Below are positions 1 to 10,090 of a stretch of 64,000 bases of DNA, piece after piece. The stretch's first letter is position 1, and each line of letters starts with the position of its first letter. The notes beneath the pieces were generated by a model. That model was not told where the DNA came from, searched no databases, and saw nothing but the letters and a program-made list of their open reading frames with translations. The stretch is taken from NCBI GenBank assembly GCA_001179505.1, contig CDMY01000198.1:107371-171370 (forward strand), written 5' to 3'. The position numbers were made by a program, and so were the translations under genes. This DNA comes from Vitrella brassicaformis CCMP3155 (Eukaryota; Protista; Chromerida).

Positions 1-81
1 GCCACGGTATGAGAGACAACGTTATCAGTTGATCTCCAAATACATGACTCCCTCTCTGCTTTGCCTCTCATTCCAATGCAG

Positions 82-529
82 CCGACAGAGGAGGCCATTC
101 GTCAGGCCCTGTATCCATTCGCCCCCTCCACCGAAGTGGTCGACTTCATCGCCAAACTTCTCAAGGGCATGAGCGCTCAGGAGGTCAGTTAGCCAGGGAA
201 AAACAAGGACACTTCTCCCATGTCAGATTCGTGGACGTCTTGTGTGCTGTGTGTCGCCTGTCTCTCCCCCGCTCCTTCGGTCGTGCAGGCCCTCCACCAC
301 CCGTGGCTTGCTAATTCCCCACCACAGCCACCAGCTGCTGCCGCTACTGTTGATGTCTATGCACCTCCTGCTGCCACCGGTGAGTGGGGGAGAGACACAA
401 CTGACATCCATTGCAATCAGAGCGCCTCATCTCTGACATTGTATTGGATTGTTCGTCTCTTGACAGAACGACCGTATGTGCCGCCTGTGTATCGGCTGCC
501 GCCACCACCGCCCCGACGAGTCCCTGCCG
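82..529 (+). CDS. 3' exons of a divergent protein kinase paralogue (kinase 1; 5' part lies outside the window)
   Basis: GT-AG exons 82-183 and 289-379 read ...VVDFIAKLLKGMSAQE|ALHHPWL, a kinase subdomain XI-like end. A Pro-rich exon follows at ~466-529. Intron positions and intron sequence resemble those of kinase 3 (ccggtgagtg...agagacacaac; tcgtctcttgacag). Confidence 0.6.
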
Positions 530-589
530 GTGAGTGGACAAGAGACACAATTTATTCAGTTCATTGCCATTGATTCTCTCCTGACGCAC

Positions 590-810
590 CTGCCCAAGCA
601 CTACTTCCATTCAGCATTGGAGGGCCCTTTTGCTGCTATGCTGTGTCCCTGCCAGCCAGCAATGCGCCACGAGGAGAGGCGGTGCGGAAGGCACCTATCG
701 TTGTCTACATTTTATATTTCCAAGGCACTTTTCATTCGTCAAAACTGTGCATCGTTGGACTGTCAACGTCATGGAGCTGCTCAAGGGTACACACGTCACG
801 CCACTCCATG
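590..810 (+). pseudogene. Isolated kinase fragment interrupted by a ~130-nt insert
   Basis: HLPKHYFHSALEG (~594-632) and TVNVMELLKG (~760-790) match HLPKHYFSFTVEG-RTVYVMEFLRG of kinase 2 (~2343-2414), but are separated by unrelated sequence. Confidence 0.55.
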
Positions 811-1648
811 CCAGGGCACACACATTGCCTTTGTCGCCCGTCTGTGTCTCGTATGTGTATCTGTCTGGGTAGGGCGAATCGTGCGGCGGACCCCGCCTCT
901 CTCTCTGGAAGCGTAATCCACGAAACGCTGAAGGCAAGTGCCTTCAGCGTTTAACTCGAGTGCCTTCAGCGTTTACTCCACTTTGCAGGAGGGATGGCGC
1001 GCTGTCTGCCTGACAGCAAGGGCACAGTTTAGATAGTCAACGACATCCTTTGGTCAGAATCGCAGCCGGCGCCACTGCGGTTCACAAACACAGGTGAGAG
1101 CCAGCCGCTCATCCATCGACGTATACGCACACAATCTCCTGTGCTGACGTTCGGGATGGCTGAGCAAATTCGATATCGTAGACGTGTGGGTCGTCGTCAG
1201 ATTTCGGCGCGGCTCTCGGGAAGCAAGCAATCGTGAGGCCCGGCGTGTCATAGAAAAGCTGATGCGAGATCAGGTGAGCAGAGAGAAGAGGCAGTCAGGA
1301 AGCCGGAAGACCATCCACGCACCTTGGTTGCGTTGTTCTCTTGTTTTCCGGTCGTCGGGCAGCGTCCCAAGGCGGTGCGTCTGAAGGTGCACGACCACCC
1401 GTCGGCGTGGCGCTGTGGATGGGTGGATTGGACAGAGGCGGGGCTGCCTGCAACGGTATTCCGTGTAGGTATTGACAACAACACACTGACACAGCTCTGC
1501 AGCGAGTACGGAGGGATGCATGAGGACATCATACACATCAGGGTGGTCGAGCAGGTCGGTCGGTTGACACATGCACATGACACTCGTCAGCCTGTGCCAC
1601 CGCCGCACACACACACAGAATTCCCATGTCTGTTCTTTCAGGAGCACG

Positions 1649-3069
1649 ATGAGCAGCGCAATGGAGAAGGTTCTTGTTTATGCGCCAATAAGCAAAGATC
1701 CCGATGCCTTTGAGCCCCTGCCCTCCCTCGAGGAGGCGGCCCGTCGGCGCAGGTGGCAGCACCACCCAGAAAGGGCGGAGAAGATAATCGCCAGGAGGAG
1801 GAAGTACAAGGAGAAGATAATCGCCAGGAGGAGGAAGTACAAGGAGACGGAGCGGGTGAGCTGGGCTGCACTGCGTGACATGGCTGCATGGGATAAATCA
1901 GGCACACACGCGGTCTCCGTTTGTGTCAATCACATCATTCCCTGTCTGTCTGTCTGTCTGCACCGCAGAAGTGGCAGAACGACGTGGGCGAGAGGGCAGT
2001 GGCCGTAAGCAAGACAGATCACAGCGACAAGACCTGCAATCGGCTCACCAGCTGCTGCTGTGTCGTTTGTGTGCAGGAGTACCTATATTACCGGTACGGC
2101 ATCAAGGCCGACAAGAAGCTCGGCTTCGGCGGCCAGGGGTCTGTGTGGCGGGCGGGGCAGTATGCGGTCAAAGTCCTCGACCCGAACATGTCTGCCGGCG
2201 GGGTACGTGTGTGAGACGCATAGACAGAGAACACACAGGTCTGTCATCAACGGCTTGTCTCTGTCTCTCTGTCTGTCTATGTGCGTGTTGTGTGTAGGAG
2301 AATGAGGGTCTATGTACGTCAAGAGGGGGCTGTCCGACTGTCCGCACCTGCCGAAGCACTACTTCTCATTTACCGTCGAAGGGCGGACAGTCTACGTCAT
2401 GGAGTTCTTAAGGGGTACTTCTCGTAATTAGACGAACGACTTCATGAGACAGACACTTCATGAGACCTCAAGGGTACGCGCACCACGCCCTTCAGGAGTT
2501 GCGCATGTCTCACCTCCCCGGCTGTGATTGTCTCTCTGTGCAGGCCGAACCGTGTGGGCAAGGAACGTCATTCGAGACACTCTCTCAAGGCCCTGCGCTT
2601 CCTCCACAGCAGGCGGCTCTCACACGAAGACGTCAAGGCCAACAATGTCATGGCCTCGTGCTGTCTGACTACGTGCTGTTCTGATTGACCTGGACCACAT
2701 GTTCGTCGACGACTTGTCGGTAAGGAGGGAGGGAGGGAGGGAGAGGGATATGAGACACACATGGAATGGTATGTCTGTGTCTTACTGCATTTTGATGCCG
2801 GCAGGGCTCAGGGGTGGCCGACGACAGACAAAAGACAGGTATGCACAAACACACAGGCACAAGCCGAGATGGTCGGCATTGGGTGCGGATGGAGATGGAG
2901 GATAGAGGGGAAACGAGGCGTCAAGATGGAAGACGTGTGCCTGTCTATCTGTCTCTCCCTCGCTCCCTCGGCCATGCAGGCGCTTCAGCACTCATGGCTG
3001 ACACCGTCGGCACTGCCGTCTCGACCGGCTGGTGCTCAGTCGCTGCTGTCCATTCGTCGCGTGTGTTGA
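1649..3069 (+). pseudogene. Divergent protein kinase pseudogene (kinase 2)
   Basis: Exons give LGFGGQGSVW..YAVK, VYVMEFL, LKALRFLH..HEDVKANN (2623-2646), LIDLD (2687) and ALQHSWL. HED and DLD are in different frames, and an extra tc in a ctctctc run near 2580 shifts the frame again. Confidence 0.7.
1778..1843 (+). repeat. Perfect 2x33-nt tandem repeat (EKIIARRRKYK x2) in the kinase 2 N-terminus
   Basis: gagaagataatcgccaggaggaggaagtacaag at 1778-1810 and 1811-1843. Confidence 0.95.
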
Positions 3070-4205
3070 ATGAAACGCTTGCGGGTACTCATTGCTGCTT
3101 ACATTTTATATTTGACTGTCACATTCATTCATTGGACATGCCATGTGGTCCGTGACACGAGAGTGGGATGAGAGCATTGTTTCCATGCGACGAGTAGTCT
3201 TTCCACACGAACAGTGTTAACAAGCCGTCCACACACCGTCAGCAACTCCGACGTACCCAGCGACTTGGACTGCCGCAGAGTGGCCGAGTGGAGGGAAAGG
3301 CCAGGCCGGTCGGAAATGGGTGTGGGAGTCTTTGGCCGGGTCATGTTTTCGATCTCATTGACGAGGCAGCGTGTCTGCTCGAGGACGGTCGTGGTGGGCA
3401 TGATGTCCACAGGCAGGGGAGGGGGGCAGGGGAGGCGGGAGGGTGACTGCCAGTGGGATCGGCGCCTGGGACGCCTGTGACTCCACCTGCTGTGCCTGTG
3501 TCTCTTCCGGCGGCTGTTGCTCTTTGAGACTCTCTGCTGTCGGCTGGTCTCTAATCGCCAGCACAGCGGCACCACCAGCTGTAGCGGCAGCGTCCTTGCC
3601 TTTGCTCCTCACACCAACGCCACTCTTGGCCTTGCCCAGCACCCCCAGGCCCTTGTGCTCCCTCTCCCTCTTGGCGTCAACACGCTTCAGCCCCTTCCTC
3701 ACACCCACACCGCCCCAGCCACTCCCCTTCACATAGCTGTCCGTCAGCAACGGGTCCGGCGGCCAATACGTTCACATTCACGTCCATCTCTCCACTCTGC
3801 TGCCCGTGCCGATGCTTCTTCGGCTGCACAGCCGCCATGACTTTCCCCCTCTTCCCCCCCCTCCCTCCCCTGACCCCGTCAGCCTGCCTGTGTCCGCAGC
3901 GGTCCGTCGCGCCTTCCCTTCTCGTCTCGGAAGCGGGACTGACGAGGGACCGACACGGCTCAGACAGGCCTCAGCGGGCCAGGATGGGCGGTGGGTGGTA
4001 AGGCGGTGGGGGCTGCAGCATGACGGGCAGCATCCTGGGCACCATAAGGGGGGCGGGTGGCAGCAGTGGTGGTGGCATCAGTGGTCGGTGTGGCGGTGGG
4101 GGCAGCACAAAATGTGCTCCTGTCAAGAGACGAAAGCCCATGACACCGTCAGAGATCAGCCCGCGTCATTGCGATGGATCTTGGTTGTGTCTCTGCTTCA
4201 CTCAC

Positions 4206-5831
4206 CGGCAGCGGTTGGATGAGGCGCATGCATGCCAGCAGCGGCAGCAGGGGCAGCTAGGAAGGGTGCCGATGGGGCCAGCCAGGGGAGTTTGAGAGCC
4301 TGCATGACCGACCGACACACAACATGTGATTGACATTGTGCCGCTTTTCGCCTGTGTGCTGACTGGCTGACCTCCTCTGCTGATGCGCCCTCGAAGATTG
4401 CAACCAAAAGGCTGACGAGGTCCCTCGATGGCGGCTCGGGCAGCTCCCTCGATAGAGCAGCGCGGAGGCCGGTCTCGGTGTCCTGCATTTCGAAAAAAAG
4501 GGCAAGTAAAGTGAATGTCTCTCAGACAAGTGTCTGGTTAATGCTCTCCTACATAATTGGCGACGATGTCCGCGGCCTTGTCGGCGTCGACGCCCATCAA
4601 ACGCAGTATAGCGACCCATGGCAGACAGACACGTGAAGCGTCCACTGTGCGTGGTTTAGTGAGCAGACGTACCTGCCCACATCATGTCCTCGGCGGCCCC
4701 CTCGCCCGTCTGCACACACATCAATAGCACCAAAGAGGGACAATGGTGAGCCAGGCAGCCATCCAGGCGGCTATCCATCAATCGATGTCGTCGGTGTGTC
4801 TCACCAGGTCCTCCTTCATAAGATCCAGGTCGATCAACACCGTAGAGCCGTCGGCCCGTCGCATGAGGTTTTCGGGTTTGACGTCGTGGTGGGCAAGGTG
4901 GCGGCGGTGGAGGTACGCGAGGGCTTTGAGTAGGTCTTTTGTGATCGTCCTCGCCTCGCCCTCCCCCACGCAGCCACCAAGCTCCCACACACCCTGACCT
5001 GCACACACACATGGACACATACATGGACACATACATGGACACACACAGAGAGAGAGAGATGGATAAACGAGTTGGTCAACAAGTCTTCTTGCCTTCCTCT
5101 TCAGTTACCCTCTATATATTCCACCAATATACACGTCCGACCGGCGCTCGCCACATCAAAACTCTCGAGGAGCCGCACGATGTTGGGGCAGCTGGCCAGG
5201 CCCTTCTCCGCGTAAAGGCGGTAGGTCGGCTGGAAGTGTCGCTGTTCAACACAGAGACACACAGATAGTGTCGTGTGTGTGCTGTGGTCTGCATGTTGCT
5301 TACCCCGCCTCTCGAGTAGTTCTCCTCGAGGACCTTGACCGCTTTTCCGCCCGACAATTTCCATATCTCGGCCTGGCCGCCCCTCGTCAGCTTCCCCTCC
5401 ACCTCCAACCCATGAATATCATGTAACACCCCCTGCACACGTCAGCCAGCGGACAGCACACAATGAGGTATACATCTCAGTGAGCCACGGTGAGTCTGCT
5501 GACCTGGATGTCCCTCTCTGCCCTGGTCTCCCTCCAGTCCTGCAGCCACGCACACAACCGGAGACCCGGAGACGGCAGGTGAGACAGCGAGGTGGCTTGT
5601 GACAGCACTCACTGATGGCTGGCTCACCTCCTCGACTGTGCCGCTCTCCCGCATGATTTCCACCCTCTCCCTCGCCGCCGCCTCGCCCACTCTGGCTTTG
5701 GTGCCCTCGTAGGCGGCCGCCTCTTGAAGCCGCCTGTACTCGGCGGGCGGGTGGAGGGGCAGGGGCGGGTACTTGAGGCGGTGCAGGGGCACAGGTGAGT
5801 GCACACGTGTGTGCTGTGTCCTGGCGCTCAT
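4206..5831 (-). CDS. Divergent multi-exon protein kinase (kinase 3); Pro-rich 3' exons probably continue toward ~3.2 kb
   Basis: Spliced reading: KLTRGGQAEIW..KAVK, CPNIVRLL, ILVEYIEG, LLKALAYLH..HHDVKPEN (4869-4892), LIDLD (4823-4831), EDMMWAG, ALKLPWL. Introns are GT-AG except one acceptor (CAT near 4620). Confidence 0.75.
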
Positions 5832-5920
5832 TAGCGAAAAAAGAAAAATATCGCGCCCAACGGTCTCATGCATTCAGTGAGACTGGGGGCATCTCGCAGA
5901 GAGAGACCATCGTAAGAACC

Positions 5921-6316
5921 ATGATGAGCGCCACGATGACACAGCACACACGTGTGCACCCACCTGTGCCCCTGCACCGCCTCAAGTACCCGCCCCTGCC
6001 CCTCCACCTGCCAGCCGAGTACAGGCGGCAACAGGAGGCCGCCACCTACCAGGAGGACCTCGCGGCACTGGGCGAGGAGGCGGCGAGGGAGAGCGTGGAG
6101 ATCCTTCGGGCGAGCGGCGTGATCGATAGGGTGAGCCAGCCATCAGTGAGTGCTGTCGCCAGCCACCTTGTCTCACCTGCCGTCTCCGGTTGTCTGCGTG
6201 GCTGCAGGACTGGAAGGGGATGAGGGTGCAGAGGGACATCCAGGTCGGCAGACTCACCGCAGCTCACTGAGATGTATATCTCATTGTGTGCTGTCCGCTG
6301 GCTGACGTGTGCAGGG
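5921..6316 (+). pseudogene. 5' two exons of a kinase 3 paralogue (kinase 4), head-to-head with kinase 3 and truncated by the retroelement
   Basis: Inverted homologue of ~5436-5831 (TQHTRVHPPVPLHRLKYPPLPLH..., DW..R..RDIQ exon and both introns). Homology stops 2 nt after the acceptor at 6312-6314. Confidence 0.8.
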
Positions 6317-6864
6317 TCTGATGCTCGTAAGGCCAATCTGTTGTATGGTCATCTGCTGCGTGTGATTGATTTTACAATGCACGAATGCCAGGAGTCTCTT
6401 GTGTTTGGTCTGTCTCGGTGTGTCGATGAGTTGACTCGATTTGGTTTTTCACGACCATTCATCCATCGCCAACTGACTCGTGTTGCCCGTTACTTCCCCT
6501 CACTGCTGCGTGCCCTGCGTGAGTGAAGCACACTATGATCTGCCTGCCCGTTGTTGTTGTATCACCGCATCCCGCGAGACGAACACCGCTGCGGTTTTTG
6601 CTGCCCCGAACTCTTTACATGCGAATGGCCAGTAGGCGTGCGCGCTTCATGTAAGTGGCAGTGACTTGATACATCAATCGACGTGTGAGCGGTTAGAAGC
6701 ACGTCCACACACAGATCTACGTCTGTAAGGAGGAGATCCAGCCATTGGTGTTCCTTCTGAAACGTCCCTCGCTCCGTCTCCGTCTTCTCACAGCTAATCT
6801 CCTGCCCCCTTGCTGAATCCCCTCCGTGACCCACGCGCGCACTAGCGCACCTTGCGCGTATCCG

Positions 6865-8178
6865 ATGTCGTCCCACCGTAACACTGATTCCTTGGCAGAT
6901 CTCAGGAGATCTACCAATCTCGGCAGCACGGCTACTCGCTTTGGATTCCCGCCCTTCGGCAGCACCAACCGCGACCCACCCACCCCTCCCACCGTCCCGG
7001 GATGCGGGACGTGTCAGCATATCCGATTCATCAACAACCCGCTCAACCCCTTCCGCGTCGGATACAAGAAGGACGGCCGTTTCATAGGATGCGTCGCCAT
7101 GACACCCGGCATCGAGAGTGCTATCACCAGCGGCACCAAGCAATTCAAGCTCGTCGACAACGACTACGTCCCGCTCGTTGACGAACTCACCAAGCCAGGC
7201 ATGCTCATCGGCCTCCAACACCATGAGGCCGGCGTTCGCGGTCTCAGCAGCGACATACTCCTCCTCAGCGCCATCATGGTCAAGAAACTCTGCAACAAGC
7301 ACGGCTACGACACCCCCCTCTCCCGTGGCGCCGGCGACGCTGCTGCCGCCGATCGGTACATCCACAACCCGATGAATCGAGCGGATGTCCGCAATCCACT
7401 CGCCAACGACCTGACAGCCGCCACCCACTGCCTCGCGAAGATCAGCGACTTCATATGCGACCACGACGGCAACACGCCGATTGAGCTCATGAACGCCCTC
7501 CCTCGCCTTCTTCAGGATTTCGCCACTCAGCCCGGCCCTTCTTCGAGTCGCCGCCGCAAGACATCATCCAACGCAGCTGCCGCGGCCGCCTCTCCGGCAG
7601 ACGACGAAGACTCAATCCATGCTGAGCAAGACGACTTCTTCAACGCCAACGACATGGAGCAAGACAACAAGGACGACGACTTCGACATGTACGACGATGA
7701 CGCTGCCATTGCCCGTCGAGACGTCATTCCCATGGTCCGATTCAAGACACTCATCGGCCTCCAAACTCACCTCTCGGACATCCCCGACGACATCCAGCAG
7801 TTCATGGGCGCTGTCGTCACACCCACGGCCGCCATCGTCCAACTTGGTGGCCTGCTCAACAGCGACGACTGCGTGATCGACGCCCCCAACGTCATCGACG
7901 ACTTCACCCTGCAGCAAGCCGCATTCTTCGCCAACCACATCGCCTCCATGCTTCCCCCGGCCAAGGCATCCCGCGCCAAGACCGCTCAGGAGCTCCTCAG
8001 TTGGGGCAAGCGCATCGACGCCAACGTCCACCTGTCGGTCAAGCAAGTCATCAACTATGTCGCCATCAAATACGCCATCAGCCTACGCGCCAAAGGTCCC
8101 AGCAATGCGTCACAGGGATCGTCACAGGGATCGTCAGTCAACACCCGCGGTCGTGCATCCACAAAAAAGACTGACTGA
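6865..8178 (+). CDS. ORF1 of the retroelement, unknown function
   Basis: Intronless open frame from ATG 6865 to TGA 8176-8178. Codons are strongly C-ending; the centre is acidic and the tail is Ser/basic. No domain recognised. Confidence 0.75.
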   Translation: MSSHRNTDSLADLRRSTNLGSTATRFGFPPFGSTNRDPPTPPTVPGCGTCQHIRFINNPLNPFRVGYKKDGRFIGCVAMTPGIESAITSGTKQFKLVDNDYVPLVDELTKPGMLIGLQHHEAGVRGLSSDILLLSAIMVKKLCNKHGYDTPLSRGAGDAAAADRYIHNPMNRADVRNPLANDLTAATHCLAKISDFICDHDGNTPIELMNALPRLLQDFATQPGPSSSRRRKTSSNAAAAAASPADDEDSIHAEQDDFFNANDMEQDNKDDDFDMYDDDAAIARRDVIPMVRFKTLIGLQTHLSDIPDDIQQFMGAVVTPTAAIVQLGGLLNSDDCVIDAPNVIDDFTLQQAAFFANHIASMLPPAKASRAKTAQELLSWGKRIDANVHLSVKQVINYVAIKYAISLRAKGPSNASQGSSQGSSVNTRGRASTKKTD

Positions 8179-10090
8179 TGTAAGGCGCCACTGGAGCTTC
8201 GCCCCCAGTGGCAACACCGAAATCGACCGGTGCTTCCTGCCAATCCGTTTTCCTCGTCTGTTATGTCTGTCCCTTATAGATCAGACTCTGTACGGTCAGT
8301 GGTTGGATCTCCAGACGCGTCATCGCCCTCCTTTTCCAGCTGCGCGTGCTGTACTACTGGGCAACACTCACTCACTCACGTACCCGAACAAGGCGCTGCA
8401 ATTCATCCATCTGAGCATGCTATCTCGTTGCTTTTGACTGCGTGTAAGAATGAATCTGTGAAGCTCTCGAGTACTCGTCAGGTGTTTCGTTTTCTTCGCT
8501 TTTTGTCACGGGTGCGCCATCTACTCCACCACCTTCGTACACACACCCGCTGTTCCCACTGTAGATGCACGTGGCGTATGTGCCGTTGTGAGTGGCTTTT
8601 CATTTTGCAACCCACACACCGTGAGCCGTTTCGCGCCGTCCGTCTGGATGGTCTACGTGATTTTGCCTCACCATGTGTCCAACATCGCCTGACACCCTCG
8701 TCAATTAAGACTCTCTGTACGCGTCTCTTTTCTATCCAGTCTCGCGCGATGTGTGCCCTTGTGTCACGTACCCCTACCCCTTTCCTGCGTAAGATCCATG
8801 CATTGAGAGAGCGACTGGGTGCTCTTTTTGCGCCTGGTGTACACGACATGAAGCATGGCCTCTATCTGCTGTGTTCCCCTTGGTCCACTCAGTCTTATCT
8901 CGGTTTCACGACACGTGGTTATGTTGTGCGTTGGGATGAGCATGTCAGTCACGCTTTTCGTCATGGCACTCGCTCCCACTCCCCACAGCAGCACTTATAC
9001 GGCTCTCTGTCGCGAAATGATGTATGTGCGTATGCATGCGTCCCTCTGTGTTCATTTGACGCGTTGGGTCTCACTATACATCAAATGAAGTCGATTGAAG
9101 TACAGGCCATTGACGCTTTTCAACCCTCACTCAACACACATTCGTCCTCTCGTCATGATTTGCATGCACTGCATCGCCNNNNNNNNNNNNNNNNNNNNNN
9201 NNNNNNNNNNNNNNNNNNNNNNNNNNNNNNNNNNNNNNNNNNNNNNNNNNNNNNNNNNNNNNNNNNNNNNNNNNNNNNNNNNNNNNNNNNNNNNNNNNNN
9301 NNNNNNNNNNNNNNNNNNNNNNNNNNNNNNNNNNNNNNNNNNNNNNNNNNNNNNNNNNNNNNNNNNNNNNNNNNNNNNNNNNNNNNNNNNNNNNNNNNNN
9401 NNNNNNNNNNNNNNNNNNNNNNNNNNNNNNNNNNNNNNNNNNNNNNNNNNNNNNNNNNNNNNNNNNNNNNNNNNNNNNACTCACCTGCTTTGCCTTTTCG
9501 TGCCTTTTCCCCCATCCATCCATCTGCTGACTCGCTCCCGTCTGCATTGATCAACCCATCTGTGCCCCCACCCACCCTTTGTGCCACTGCTGCGCTGCTT
9601 GCTCGTCGTCCGTCACCCAGCCAGGCCACCCTTGCTGCGATTCGTGGATTGTCTGACACTGACAAGTGCCGTCTGTATGTATGCGGTCTGCGTGTGTTGT
9701 CCGGTGTGCATTGGGAATGGTTCGAATCTGCCTTTCGTCGTGCTATTCGTGTTCGGGACCAATTTCGACTATGGCGGCCACGGCTACTTGTCCGTTTGCA
9801 TGTTCCTCTTATGTTGAATGATGTGTCGTGTTTCCGCCAGGCCGCGATTCATACCATACGTCACCTCCTGTCCGGTGTTGCGTCATCGTCACTGTTCCAT
9901 GTGCAGGCAGCGTTCATTCCATCTGCGTGTCCATCCCTGACCACCTTGTACTATAATGCTAAGCGAATGGCGTCACAGACCCTCTCACAAGTGGTCTGTC
10001 CATGCCACCTGCCTCATTTTACGCAATGGCCACGCATCGATGGGCATGTCTGTGTGCGCCTGAGTGATCCATTCATGCGCGATGTCTTGC
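8179..10090 (+). CDS. ORF2: GIY-YIG endonuclease plus CxC..H linker (truncated pol-like ORF)
   Basis: Same frame as ORF1 and open from 8179. Cys cluster CSHCRC..CRC, then GIY-YIG motifs. A 300-N placeholder lies at 9179-9478. The last ~115 nt of the listed ORF (to 10206) come from an unrelated repeat. Confidence 0.75.
8187..8212 (+). promoter_or_regulatory. Hairpin 8 nt downstream of the ORF1 UGA (candidate recoding signal)
   Basis: gccactgg (8187-8194) pairs perfectly with ccagtggc (8205-8212) around a 10-nt loop. The hairpin is seen directly; its function is inferred. Confidence 0.45.

Larger units (their letters stand above)
6317..10090 (+). mobile_element. Penelope-like retroelement with N-terminal GIY-YIG (Naiad/Chlamys-type domain order), 3'-truncated before the RT
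   Basis: 6317-6526 encodes an RT-thumb-like C-terminus (KANLLYGHLLRV..ELTRFGFSRPFIHRQL, stop), consistent with a 5' pseudo-LTR. ORF1 follows, then ORF2 with GLY-x10-YLG (8857-8904), RWDEH, IE..I...PSLN (9097-9135) and YYNAK..CPCH..GHV (~9950-10050). No YxDD-type RT core seen. Confidence 0.75.

Noticed and set aside
6527-6860. Hammerhead ribozyme or SECIS expected in a PLE pseudo-LTR
   Set aside because: gaaacgtc at ~6759 resembles a minimal hammerhead 3' half, but no CUGANGA core with a matching stem I is present. ATGA at ~6535 lacks a pairing helix and apical AA. Not supportable by eye.
6562-8046. Long minus-strand ORFs (300 aa and 144 aa) opposite ORF1, and similar shadows opposite NudC, ERCC6, the F-box genes and RTTN
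   Set aside because: Antisense shadows of GC-rich, codon-biased genes.
8175-8230. ctgatg...ccgaaa read as a hammerhead core around the hairpin
   Set aside because: The core reads CUGAUGU, not CUGANGA, and there is no stem III/UH site.
9179-9478. ORFs that run through N blocks (also 18294-18593, 39784-40083, 44648-44947)
   Set aside because: All four runs are exactly 300 nt. Paralogous sequence suggests true lengths of roughly 125 and 215 nt for two of them, so the lengths and frame continuity are placeholders.
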